64,000 bases of DNA, from the NCBI RefSeq assembly GCF_009914755.1, contig NC_060948.1; one strand, written 5' to 3'. Both the position numbers and the translations under genes were made by a program. Source of the DNA: the human T2T-CHM13v2.0 reference genome, Homo sapiens. Below, in pieces: positions 39,213 through 53,483 of the stretch (positions within the stretch are counted from its first letter, which is position 1; each line of letters begins with the position of its first letter). A model generated the notes under the pieces. That model did no database searches and was not told the DNA's origin. It saw only the letters and a list, made by a program, of their open reading frames with translations.

Positions 39213-42200
39213 ATGGAGTGTTATGGAACGGACTCAAAAGGAATTGAATGTAATAGAATGGAGTGGAGTGGACTCGAATATAATGGACTGGAATGGAATG
39301 AAATCACATGGAATGGGAACGAATGGAATGGAATGGAAAGGAATGGAATCGAATGGAAAGGAATCGAATGGAAGGGAATGAAATTGAATCAACAGGAATG
39401 GAAGGGAATAGAATAGACGGTAATGGAATGGACTCGAATAGAATGGACACGAATGCTCAAATTGAATGGACTCGAATGGAATGGAAACGAAAGGAATGTC
39501 ATCGAATGGAATTGAATCGATTGGAATGAAATCGCATAGAATGGAGTGGAATCAAATGGAATTGAATCGAAAGGAAAGGAAGCGAATGGACTGAAATGAA
39601 ATGGAATGGAATTGAATGGAAAGTAATGCAATGGAATAGAATGGAACGAAATTTCACGGAATGGAATCAAACTGAATGGAATCAAATCAATGGAATCAAA
39701 TCAAATGGAATGGAAAGGAATTGAATGGAGTAGATTGGATTGGATGGGATTGGAATGAAATGTACTGGAAAGGACTCGAATTTCATGAAACGGAATGGAA
39801 TGAATTGGAACGGAATGGACTCGAATGGAATGGAATGTCATGGAATGGCATCAAATGGAATGGCATCAAATGGAATGGAATCGAATGCAATGGAATGCTA
39901 TGGAATGGAATGGAATGCATTGGAATGGAATGTCCTCTAATGGAATGGATTCGAGTGGAATGGAATCGAATATAATGGAGTCGAACGAAATGGAATTGAA
40001 AGGAATGGGATCGAATACAATGGAATATACTGGAATGTAATGTAATGAACTCGAATGTAATTGACTGGAATGGAAGGTATATGAATGGAATGTAATCGAA
40101 TGGAAAGTAATCCAATGGAATAGAATCTAATGCAATAAAATCGACTCAGATAGAGTAGCATGTAATGGAATGGAGTGCAGTGCAATGGAATGGAATGGAA
40201 TGGAATGCAATGGAATGGAATGGAATGGAATGGAATGGAATGGAATGGAATGGGATTGGATGGAATGGTATGGAATGGATAGTAATGGACTGGAGTGAAA
40301 TGGACTGGAAAGGAATGGACTCAAATTGAAAGGGCTCGAAAGGAATGGAGTCAAATGGAATGGTCTGGAATGGAATGAACACGAATGTAATGCAATCCAA
40401 TAGAATGGAATCGAATGGCATGGAATATAAAGAAATGGAATCGGAGAGAATGGAAACAAATGGAATGGAATTGAATGGAATGGAATTGAATGGAATGGGA
40501 ACGAATGGAGTGAAATTGTATGCAGTAGAAGGGAATAGAATGGAATGCAAGCAAAAGGAAAGGAATGGATTGGAATGGAATGGAATTCATTGGAATGGAA
40601 GGGAATGTAGTGTAATGGACAGGCCTGGAATAAAGTGCAATGCTACGGTCTCGAATGGAATAAAAATGTATGGAATGGAATGCAATGAAATGGAATCGAA
40701 TGTCATAGAATGTAATGGAATGCAACAAAATGGAATCCAATATCATTGACTGGAAAGGCTGGGTGTCGAAAGGAATTGACTCCAATGGAATGGAATCGAA
40801 TGGAATGGAAGTGAATAGAATCGAACTAAATGGAATGGAATGGAATTGATAGGAACGGAATGGAAAGGAATGCAATGATTTGGCATGGAATGGAATCGAA
40901 TGGCATCGAATGGAATGGAATGGAATGCAATGGAATGGAAGGTATTAGAATGGAATGAACTTTAATGGAATGTACTCGAATGGATTCGACTGGAATGGAA
41001 TGTTCTGGAAGTGAATGGACTCCAATGGAATGGATTCAAAAGGAATGGAATCGTACGGAATGGAATCTAATGGAATGGAATTAAATGGAAATGAATCAAA
41101 TTGAATAGCACGGAATTGAATTGAATGGAATGGAATGCAATGGAATCTAATGAAACGGAAAGGAAAGGAATGGAATGGAATGGAATGGGCTGGAATGGAA
41201 AGGAATCGAAACGAATGGAATGGAATCGAACTGAAGAGACTGGAATGGAATGCACTGGAATGGAAGGGAGTGTAATGGAAGGTTCTCGAAAAAAATGGAA
41301 TCGAATGGAATGGAATTGAATGGAACGGAATAGAGTCGAATGGAATTGAATGGAATGGAATGGACTAGAGTGAAATGGAATCGAACCACAAGGAATGGAC
41401 AGGAATAGAATGGTCTCGAATTGAATGGAATCGTATGGAATGGCATCAAACGGAATGGAATGGACAGCCACGGAATGGAATGCACTCGAATGCAATGGAG
41501 TCGAAACTAATGGACTGGAATAGAATGGACTCGACTGGTACGGACTCCAATGGAATGGAATCGAATGGAAGGGAATCGAACGGAATGGACTCGAAGGGAA
41601 AAGACTGCAATGGAAAGGTCTCGAATGGAATGGAAATTAATGGAATGGAATGGAATCGAATGAAATGGAGTCAAAAGGAATGGAATCGAATGGCAAGAAA
41701 TCGAATGTAATGGAATCGCAAGGAATTGATGTGAACGGAACGGAATGGAATGGAATCCAAAGGAATGGAATAGAATGGAATGGAATCGAATGGAAAGGAC
41801 TCGAATGGCAATCACTCGAATAGAATGCAATTTAATAAAATAGGATCAAATGTAATGGAATGGAATGGAAAGGAATCGAAACGAAAGGAATGGAGACAGA
41901 TGGAATGGAATGGAACAGAGAGCAATGGTATAGAATGGAATGGAATCATCTGGAATGGAATTGAATGGAATGGAATAATATGAAATGGAATGGAATGGAA
42001 TGGAATGGAATGCCCTTGAATTAAATGGACTGGAATGGAATGGACTCGAACAGAGTGGAATGGAAAGTGTTGAGATAGAATGGAATGGACTCCTTTGGAA
42101 TGGTCTAGTATGCAATGCAATCGACTGGCAGGGAATCAAAAGGAATGTAATCGAATGGATTGGACTGGAATGCAATGGACTCGAATAGATTGGAAACGGG

Positions 42201-42781
42201 ATGCAAAGGAATGGAATGGAATAGTATGGAATGGAATGGAAAGGAATGGAGTGGAATAGACTAGAGTGGAATGGAATGGACTGGAAAGCAATGGACTGGA
42301 ATGGAACTTTCTTGAATGGACTGGAATCAAACGGAATGGGATGCAATGCAATCAAATGGCATGGAATAAAATAGAATGAAAGAGAATCAAATGGAATTGA
42401 ATCGAATGGAATCGAATGGATTGGAAAGGAATAGAATGGAATGGAATGGAATGGACTCAAATGGAATGGACTAGAATGGAATGGATTCGAATGGAAGGCA
42501 AAGGAATGGAATCTATTGGAATGGACTGTAATGGAATGGAATGGAAGGGATTGGAATGGACTCAAATAGAATGGACTGCAATAGAAAGGATTCGAATGGA
42601 ATGAAAAAGAATTGAATGGAATAGAACAGAATGGAATCAAATCGAATGAAATGGAATGGAATAGAAAGGAATGGAATGAAATGGAATGGAAAGGATTCGA
42701 ATGGAATGCAATCGAATGGAATGGAATCGAACGGAATGGAATAAAATGGAAGAAAACTGGCAAGAAATGGAATCGAAATGA
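39213..42781 (+). repeat. Higher-order unit 12 (3569 bp)
   Basis: Landmark spacing. Variants tcggagagaa and ccaatatcatt. Confidence 0.92.
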
Positions 42782-45700
42782 ATGGAGTGTTATGGAACGG
42801 ACTCAAAAGGAATTGAATGTAATAGAATGGAGTGGAGTGGACTCGAATATAATGGACTGGAATGGAATGAAATCACATGGAATGGGAACGAATGGAATGG
42901 AATGGAAAGGAATGGAATCGAATGGAAAGGAATCGAATGGAAGGGAATGAAATTGAATCAACAGGAATGGAAGGGAATAGAATAGACGGTAATGGAATGG
43001 ACTCGAATAGAATGGACACGAATGCTCAAATTGAATGGACTCGAATGGAATGGAAACGAAAGGAATGTCATCGAATGGAATTGAATCGATTGCAATGAAA
43101 TCGCATAGAATGGAGTGGAATCAAATGGAATTGAATCGAAAGGAAAGGAAGCGAATGGACTGAAATGAAATGGAATGGAATTGAATGGAAAGTAATGCAA
43201 TGGAATAGAATGGAACGAAATTTCACGGAATGGAATCAAACTGAATGGAATCAAATCAATGGAATCTAATCAAATGGAATGGAAAGGAATTGAATGGAGT
43301 AGATTGGATTGGATGGGATTGGAATGAAATGTACTGGAAAGGACTCGAATTTCATGAAACGGAATGGAATGAATTGGAACGGAATGGACTCGAATGGAAT
43401 GGAATGTCATGGAATGGCATCAAATGGAATGGCATCAAATGGAATGGAATCGAATGCAATGGAATGCTATGGAATGGAATGGAATGCATTGGAATGGAAT
43501 GTCCTCTAATGGAATGGATTCGAGTGGAATGGAATCGAATATAATGGAGTCGAATGAAATGGAATTGAAAGGAATGGGATCGAATACAATGGAATATACT
43601 GGAATGTAATGTAATGAACTCGAATGTAATTGACTGGAATGGAATGTACATGAATGGAAGGTAATCGAATGGAAAGTAATCCAATGGAATAGAATCTAAT
43701 GCAATAAAACCGACTCAGATAGAGTAGAATGTAATGGAATGGAGTGCAGTGCAATGGAATGGAATGGAATTGAATGCAATGGAATGGAATGGAATGGAAT
43801 GGAATGGAATGGAATGGAATGGAAAGGAATGGGATGGAATGGTATGGAATGGATAGTAATGGACTGGAGTGAAATGGACTGGAAAGGAATGGACTCAAAT
43901 TGAAAGGGCTCGAAAGGAATGGTGTCAAATGGAATGGTCTGGAATGGAATGAACACGAATGTAATGCAGTCCAATAGAATGGAATCGAATGGCATGGAAT
44001 ATAAAGAAATGGATTCGAAGAGAATGGAAACAAATGGAATGGAATTGAATGGAATGGAATTGAATGGAATGGGAACGAATGGAGTGAAATTGTATGCAGT
44101 AGAAGGGAATAGAATGGAATGCAAGCGAAAGGAAAGGAATGGATTGGAATGGAATGGAATTCATTGGAATGGAAGGGAATGTAGTGTAATGGACAGGCCT
44201 GGAATAAAGTGGAATGCTACGGTCTCGAATGGAATAAAAATGTATGGAATGGAATGCAATGAAACGGAATCGAATGTCATAGAATGTAATGGAATGCAAC
44301 AAAATGGAATCCAAAATCATTGACTGGAAAGGCTGGGTGTCGAAAGGAATTGACTCCAATGGAATGGAATCGAATGGAATGGAAGTGAATAGAATCGAAC
44401 TAAATCGAATGGAATGGAATTGATAGGAACGGAATGGAAAGGAATGCAATGATTTGGCATGGAATGGAATCGAATGGCATCGAATGGAATGGAATGGAAT
44501 GCAATGGAATGGAATGTATTAGAATGTAATGAACTTTAATGGAATGTACTCGAATGGATTCGACTGGAATGGAATGTTCTGGAAGTGAATGGACTCCAAT
44601 GGAATGGATTCAAAAGGAATGGAATCGTACGGAATGGAATCTAATGGAATGGAATTAAATGGAAATGAATCAAATTGAATAGCACGGAATTGAATTGAAT
44701 GGAATGGAATGCAATGGAATCTAATGAAACGGAAAGGAAAGGAATGGAATGGAATGGAATGGGCTGGAATGGAAAGGAATCGAAACGAATGGAATGGAAT
44801 CGAACTGAAGAGACTGGAATGGAATGCACTGGAATGGAAGGGAGTGTAATGGAAGGTTCTCGAAAATAATGGAATCGAATGGAATGGAATTGAATGGAAC
44901 GGAATAGAGTCGAATGGAATTGAATGGAATGGAATGGACTAGAGTGAAATGGAATCGAACCACAAGGAATGGACAGGAATAGAATGGTCTCGAATTGAAT
45001 GGAATCGTATGGAATGGCATCAAACGGAATGGAATGGACAGCCACGGAATGGAATGCACTCGAATGCAATGGAGTCGAAACTAATGGACTGGAATAGAAT
45101 GGACTCGACTGGTACGGACTCCAATGGAATGGAATCGAATGGAAGGGAATCGAACGGAATGGACTCGAAGGGAAAAGACTGCAATGGAAAGGTCTCGAAT
45201 GGAATGGAAATTAATGGAATGGAATGGAATCGAATGAAATGGAGTCAAAAGGAATGGAATCGAATGGCAAGAAATCGAATGTAATGGAATCGCAAGGAAT
45301 TGATGTGAACGGAACGGAATGGAATGGAATCCAAAGGAATGGAATAGAATGGAATGGAATCGAATGGAAAGGACTCGAATGGAAATCACTCGAATAGAAT
45401 GCAATTTAATAAAATAGGATCAAATGTAATGGAATGGAATGGAAAGGAATCGAAACGAAAGGAATGGAGACAGATGGAATGGAATGGAACAGAGAGCAAT
45501 GGTATAGAATGGAATGGAATCATCTGGAATGGAATTGAATGGAATGGAATAATATGAAATGGAATGGAATGGAATGGAATGGAATGCCCTTGAATTAAAT
45601 GGACTGGAATGGAGTGGACTCGAACAGAGTGGAATGGAAAGTGTTGAGATAGAATGGAATGGACTCCTTTGGAATGGTCTAGTATGCAATGCAATCGACT

Positions 45701-46355
45701 GTCAGGGAATCAAAAGGAATGTAATCGAATGGATTGGACTGGAATGCAATGGACTCGAATAGATTGGAAACGGAATGCAAAGGAATGGAATGGAATAGTA
45801 TGGAATGGAATGGAAAGGAATGGAGTGGAATAGACTAGAGTGGAATGGAATGGACTGGAAAGCAATGGACTGGAATGGAACTTTCTTGGATGGACTGGAA
45901 TCAAACGGAATGGAATGCAATGCAATCAAATGGCATGGAATAAAATAGAATGAAAGAGAATCAAATGGAATTGAATCGAATGGAATCGAATGGATTGTAA
46001 AGGAATAGAATGGAATGGAATGGAATTGACTCAAATGGAATGGACTAGAATGGAATGGATTCGAATGGAAGGCAAAGGAATGGAATCTATTGGAATGGAC
46101 TGTAATGGAATGGAATGGAAGGGATTGGAATGGACTCGAATGGAATGGACTGCAATAGAAAGGATTCGAATGGAATGAAAAAGAATTGAATGGAATAGAA
46201 CAGAATGGAATCAAATCGAATGAAATGGAATGGAATAGAAAGGAATGGAATGAAATGGAATGGAAAGGATTCGAATGGAATGCAATCGAATGGAATGGAA
46301 TCGAACGGAATGGAATAAAATGGAAGAAAACTGGCAAGAAATGGAATCGAAATGA
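42782..46355 (+). repeat. Higher-order unit 13 (3574 bp)
   Basis: Landmark spacing. First third resembles unit 11, second half resembles units 16/17. Confidence 0.92.
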
Positions 46356-49300
46356 ATGGAGTGTTATGGAACGGACTCAAAAGGAATTGAATGTAATAGA
46401 ATGGAGTGGAGTGGACTCGAATATAATGGACTGGAATGGAATGAAATCACATGGAATGGGAACGAATGGAATGGAATGGAAAGGAATGGAATCGAATGGA
46501 AAGGAATCGAATGGAAGGGAATGAAATTGAATCAACAGGAATGGAAGGGAATAGAATAGACGGTAATGGAATGGACTCGAATAGAATGGACACGAATGCT
46601 CAAATTGAATGGATTCGAATGGAATGGAAACGAAAGGAATGTCATCGAATGGAATTGAATCGATTGGAATGAAATCGCATAGAATGGAGTGGAATCAAAT
46701 GGAATTGAATCGAAAGGAAAGGAAGCGAATGGACTGAAATGAAATGGAATGGAATTGAATGGAAAATAATGCAATGGAATAGAATGGAACGAAATTTCAC
46801 GGAATGGAATCAAACTGAATGGAATCAAATCAATGGAATCTAATCAAATGGAATGGAAAGGAATTGAATGGAGTAGATTGGATTGGATGGGATTGGAATG
46901 AAATGTACTGGAAAGGACTCGAATTTCATGAAACGGAATGGAATGAATTGGAACGGAATGGACTCGAATGGAATGGAATGTCATGGAATGGCATCGAATG
47001 GAATGGCATCAAATGGAATGGAATCGAATGCAATGGAATGTTATGGAATGGAATGGAATGCATTGGAATGGAATGTCCTCTAATGGAATGGATTCGAGTG
47101 GAATGGAATCGAATATAATGGAGTCGAATGAAATGGAATTGAAAGGAATGGGATCGAATAGAATGGAATATACTGGAATGTAATGTAATGAACACGAATG
47201 TAATTGACTGGAATGGAATGTACATGAATGGAAGGTAATCGAATGGAAAGTAATCCAATGGAATAGAATCTAATGCAATAAAACCGAATCAGATAGAGTA
47301 GAATGTAATGGAATGGAGTGCAGTGCAATGGAATGGAATGGAATTGAATGCAATGGAATGGAATGGAATGGAATGGAATGGAATGGAATGGAATGGAATG
47401 GTATGGAATGGATAGTAATGGACTGGAGTGAAATGGACTGGAAAGGAATGGACTCAAATTGAAAGGGCTCGAAAGGAATGGAGTCAAATGGAATGGTCTG
47501 GAATGGAATGAACACGAATGAAATGCAATCCAATAGAATGGAATCGAATGGCATGGAATATAAAGAAATGGAATCGAAGAGAATGGAAACAAATGGAATG
47601 GAATTGAATGGAATGGAATTGAATGGAATGGGAACGAATGGAGTGAAATTGTATGCAGTAGAAGGGAATAGAATGGAATGCAAGCGAAAGGAAAGGAATG
47701 GATTGGAATGGAATGGAATTCATTGGAATGGAAGGGAATGTAGTGTAATGGACAGGCCTGGAATAAAGTGGAATGCTACGGTCTCGAATGGAATAAAAAT
47801 GTATGGAATGGAATGCAATGAAACGGAATCGAATGTCATAGAATGTAATGGAATGCAACAAAATGGAATCCAAAATCATTGACTGGAAAGGCTGGGTGTC
47901 GAAAGGAATTGACTCCAATGGAATGGAATCGAATGGAATGGAAGTGAATAGAATCGAACTAAATCGAATGGAATGGAATTGATAGGAACGGAATGGAAAG
48001 GAATGCAATGATTTGGCATGGAATGGAATCGAATGGCATCGAATGGAATGGAATGGAATGGAATGCAATGGAATGGAATGTATTAGAATGTAATGAACTT
48101 TAATGGAATGTACTCGAATGGATTCGACTGGAATGGAATGTTCTGGAAGTGAATGGACTCCAATGGAATGGATTCAAAAGGAATGGAATTGTACGGAATG
48201 GAATCTAATGGAATGGAATTAAATGGAAATGAATCAAATTGAATAGCACGGAATTGAATTGAATGGAATGGAATGCAATGGAATCTAATGAAACGGAAAG
48301 GAAAGGAATGGAATGGAATGGAATGGGCTGGAATGGAAAGGAATCGAAACGAATGGAATGGAATCGAACTGAAGAGACTGGAATGGAATGCACTGGAATG
48401 GAAGGGAGTGTAATGGAAGGTTCTCGAAAAAAATGGAATCGAATGGAATGGAATTGAATGGAACGGAATAGAGTCGAATGGAATTGAATGGAATGGAATG
48501 GACTAGAGTGAAATGGAATCGAACCACAAGGAATGGACAGGAATAGAATGGTCTCGAATTGAATGGAATCGTATGGAATGGCATCAAACGGAATGGAATG
48601 GACAGCCACGGAATGGAATGCACTCGAATGCAATGGAGTCGAAACTAATGGACTGGAATAGAATGGACTCGACTGGTACGGACTCCAATGGAATGGAATC
48701 GAATGGAAGGGAATCGAACGGAATGGACTCGAAGGGAAAAGACTGCAATGGAAAGGTCTCGAATGGAATGGAAATTAATGGAATGGAATGGAATCGAATG
48801 AAATGGAGTCAAAAGGAATGGAATCGAATGGCAAGAAATCGAATGTAATGGAATCGCAAGGAATTGATGTGAACGGAACGGAATGGAATGGAATCCAAAG
48901 GAATGGAATAGAATGGAATGGAATCGAATGGAAAGGACTCGAATGGAAATCACTCGAATAGAATGCAATTTAATAAAATAGGATCAAATGTAATGGAATG
49001 GAATGGAAAGGAATCGAAACGAAAGGAATGGAGACAGTTGGAATGGAATAGAACAGCGAGCAATGGTATAGAATGGAATGGAATCATCTGGAATGGAATT
49101 GAATGGAATGGAATAATATGAAATGGAATGGAATGGAATGGAATGGAATGCCCTTGAATTAAATGGACTGGAATGGAATGGACTCGAACAGAGTGGAATG
49201 GAAAGTGTTGAGATAGAATGGAATGGACTCCTTTGGAAAGGTGTAGTATGCAATGCAATCGACTGGCAGGGAATCAAATGGAATGTAATCGAATGGATTG

Positions 49301-49919
49301 GACTGGAATGCAATGGACTCGAATAGATTGCAAACGGAATGCAAAGGAATGGAATGGAATAGTATGGAATGGAATGGAAAGGAATGGAGTGGAATAGACT
49401 AGAGTGGAATGGAATGGACTGGAAAGCAATGGACTGGAATGGATCTTTCTTGAATGGACTGGAATCAAACGGAATGGAATGCAATGCAATCAAATGGCAT
49501 GGAATAAAATAGAATGAAAGAGAATCAAATGGAATTGAATCGAATGGAATCGAATGGATTGGAAAGGAATAGAATGGAATGGAATGGAATGGACTCAAAT
49601 GGAATGGACTAGAATGGAATGGATTCGAATGGAAGGCAAAGGAATGGAATCTATTGGAATGGACTGTAATGGAATGGAATGGAAGGGATTGGAATGGACT
49701 CGAATGGAATGGACTGCAATAGAAAGGATTCGAATGGAATGAAAAAGAATTGAATGGAATAGAACAGAATGGAATCAAATCGAATGAAATGGAATGGAAT
49801 AGAAAGGAATGGAATGAAATGGAATGGAAAGGATTCGAATGGAATGCAATCGAATGGAATGGAATCGAACGGAATGGAATAAAATGGAAGAAAACTGGCA
49901 AGAAATGGAATCGAAATGA
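46356..49919 (+). repeat. Higher-order unit 14 (3564 bp)
   Basis: Landmark spacing. Variants gacagttgg, acagcgag and ggatctttct. Confidence 0.92.
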
Positions 49920-52900
49920 ATGGAGTGTTATGGAACGGACTCAAAAGGAATTGAATGTAATAGAATGGAGTGGAGTGGACTCGAATATAATGGACTGGAA
50001 TGGAATGAAATCACATGGAATGGGAACGAATGGAATGGAATGGAAAGGAATGGAATCGAATGGAAAGGAATCGAATGGAAGGGAATGAAATTGAATCAAC
50101 AGGAATGGAAGGGAATAGAATAGACGGTAATGGAATGGACTCGAATAGAATGGACACGAATGCTCAAATTGAATGGACTCGAATGGAATGGAAACGAAAG
50201 GAATGTCATCGAATGGAATTGAATCGATTGGAATGAAATCGCATAGAATGGAGTGGAATCAAATGGAATTGAATCGAAAGGAAAGGAAGCGAATGGACTG
50301 AAATGAAATGGAATGGAATTGAATGGAAAGTAATGCAATGGAATAGAATGGAACGAAATTTCACGGAATGGAATCAAACTGAATGGAATCAAATCAATGG
50401 AATCAAATCAAATGGAATGGAAAGGAATTGAATGGAGTAGATTGGATTGGATGGGATTGGAATGAAATGTACTGGAAAGGACTCGAATTTCATGAAACGG
50501 AATGGAATGAATTGGAACGGAATGGACTCGAATGGAATGGAATGTCATGGAATGGCATCAAATGGAATGGCATCAAATGGAATGGAATCGAATGCAATGG
50601 AATGCTATGGAATGGAATGGAATGCATTGGAATGGAATGTCCTCTAATGGAATGGATTCGAGTGGAATGGAATCGAATATAATGGAGTCGAATGAAATGG
50701 AATTGAAAGGAATGGGATCGAATACAATGGAATATACTGGAATGTAATGTAATGAACTCGAATGTAATTGACTGGAATGGAATGTACGTGAATGGAATAT
50801 AATCGAATGGAAAGTAATCCAATGGAATAGAATCTAATGCAATAAAATCGACTCAGATAGAGTAGAATGTAATGGAAAGGAGTGCAGTGCAATGGAATGG
50901 AATGGAATGGAATGCAATTGAATGGAATGGAATGGAATGGAATGGAATGTAATGGGATGGAATGGTATGGAATGGATAGTAATGGACTGGAGTGAAATGG
51001 ACTGGAAAGGAATATACTCAAATTGAAAGGGCTCGAAAGGAATGGAGTCAAATGGAATGGTCTGGAATGGAATGAACACGAATGTAATGCAATCCAATAG
51101 AATGGAATCGAATGGCATGGAATATAAAGAAATGGAATCGGAGAGAATGGAAACAAATGGAAAGGAAATGAATGGAATGGAATTGAATGGAATGGGAACG
51201 AATGGAGTGAAATTGTATGCAGTAGAAGGGAATAGAATGGAATGCAAGCGAAAGGAAAGGAATGGATTGGAATGGAATGGAATTCATTGGAATGGAAGGG
51301 AATGTAGTGTAATGGACAGGCCTGGAATAAAGTGGAATGCTACGGTCTCGAATGGAATAAAAATGTATGGAATGGAATGCAATGAAATGGAATCGAATGT
51401 CATAGAATGTAATGGAATGCAACAAAATGGAATCCAATATCATTGACTGGAAAGGCTGGGTGTCGAAAGGAATTGACTCCAATGGAATGGAATCGAATGG
51501 AATGGAAGTGAATAGAATCGAACTAAATCGAATGGAATGGAATTGATAGGAACGGAATGGAAAGGAATGCAATGATTTGGCATGGAATGGAATCGAATGG
51601 CATCGAATGGAATGGAATGGAATGCAATGGAATGGAATGTATTAGAATGTAATGAACTTTAATGGAATGTACTCGAATGGATTCGACTGGAATGGAATGT
51701 TCTGGAAGTGAATGGACTCCAATGGAATGGATTCAAAAGGAATGGAATCGTACGGAATGGAATCTAATGGAATGGAATTAAATGGAAATGAATCAAATTG
51801 AATAGCACGGAATTGAATTGAATGGAATGGAATGCAATGGAATCTAATGAAACGGAAAGGAAAGGAATGGAATGGAATGGAATGGGCTGGAATGGAAAGG
51901 AATCGAAACGAATGGAATGGAATCGAACTGAAGAGACTGGAATGGAATGCACTGGAATGGAAGGGAGTGTAATGGAAGGTTCTCGAAAAAAATGGAATCG
52001 AATGGAATGGAATTGAATGGAACGGAATAGAGTCGAATGGAATTGAATGGAATGGAATGGACTAGAGTGAAATGGAATCGAACCACAAGGAATGGAGATG
52101 AATAGAATGGTCTCGAATTGAATGGAATCGTATGGAATGGCATCAAACGGAATGGAATGGACAGCCACGGAATGGAATGCACTCGAATGCAATGGAGTCG
52201 AAACTAATGGACTGGAATAGAATGGACTCGACTGGTACGGACTCCAATGGAATGGAATCGAATGGAAGGGAATCGAACGGAATGGACTCGAAGGGAAAAG
52301 ACTGCAATGGAAAGGTCTCGAATGGAATGGAAATTAATGGAATGGAATGGAATCGAATGAAATGGAGTCAAAAGGAATGGAATCGAATGGCAAGAAATCG
52401 AATGTAATGGAATCGCAAGGAATTGATGTGAACGGAACGGAATGGAATGGAATCCAAAGGAATGGAATAGAATGGAATGGAATCGAATGGAAAGGACTCG
52501 AATGGAAATCACTCGAATAGAATGCAATTTAATAAAATAGGATCAAATGTAATGGAATGGAATGGAAAGGAATCGAAACGAAAGGAATGGAGACAGATGG
52601 AATGGAATGGAACAGAGAGCAATGGTATAGAATGGAATGGAATCATCTGGAATGGAATTGAATGGAATGGAATAATATGAAATAGAATGGAATGGAATGG
52701 AATGGAATGGAATGCCCTTGAATTAAATGGACTGGAATGGAATGGACTCGAACAGAGTGGAATGGAAAGTGTTGAGATAGAATGGAATGGACTCCTTTGG
52801 AATGGTCTAGTATGCAATGCAATCGACTGTCAGGGAATCAAAAGGAATGTAATCGAATGGATTGGACTGGAATGCAATGGACTCGAATAGATTGGAAACG

Positions 52901-53483
52901 GAATGCAAAGGAATGGAATGGAATAGTATGGAATGGAATGGAAAGGAATGGAGTGGAATAGACTAGAGTGGAATGGAATGGACTGGAAAGCAATGGACTG
53001 GAATGGAACTTTCTTGAATGGACTGGAATCAAACGGAATGGAATGCAATGCAATCAAATGGCATGGAATAAAATAGAATGAAAGAGAATCAAATGGAATT
53101 GAATCGAATGGAATCGAATGGATTGTAAAGGAATAGAATGGAATGGAATGGAATTGACTCAAATGGAATGGACTAGAATGGAATGGATTCGAATGGAAGG
53201 CAAAGGAATGGAATCTATTGGAATGGACTGTAATGGAATGGAATGGAAGGGATTGGAATGGACTCGAATGGAATGGACTGCAATAGAAAGGATTCGAATG
53301 GAATGAAAAAGAATTGAATGGAATAGAACAGAATGGAATCAAATCGAATGAAATGGAATGGAATAGAAAGGAATGGAATGAAATGGAATGGAAAGGATTC
53401 GAATGGAATGCAATCGAATGGAATGGAATCGAACGGAATGGAATAAAATGGAAGAAAACTGGCAAGAAATGGAATCGAAATGA
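49920..53483 (+). repeat. Higher-order unit 15 (3564 bp)
   Basis: Landmark spacing. Shares tcggagagaa with unit 12; end resembles units 13/16/17. Confidence 0.92.
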
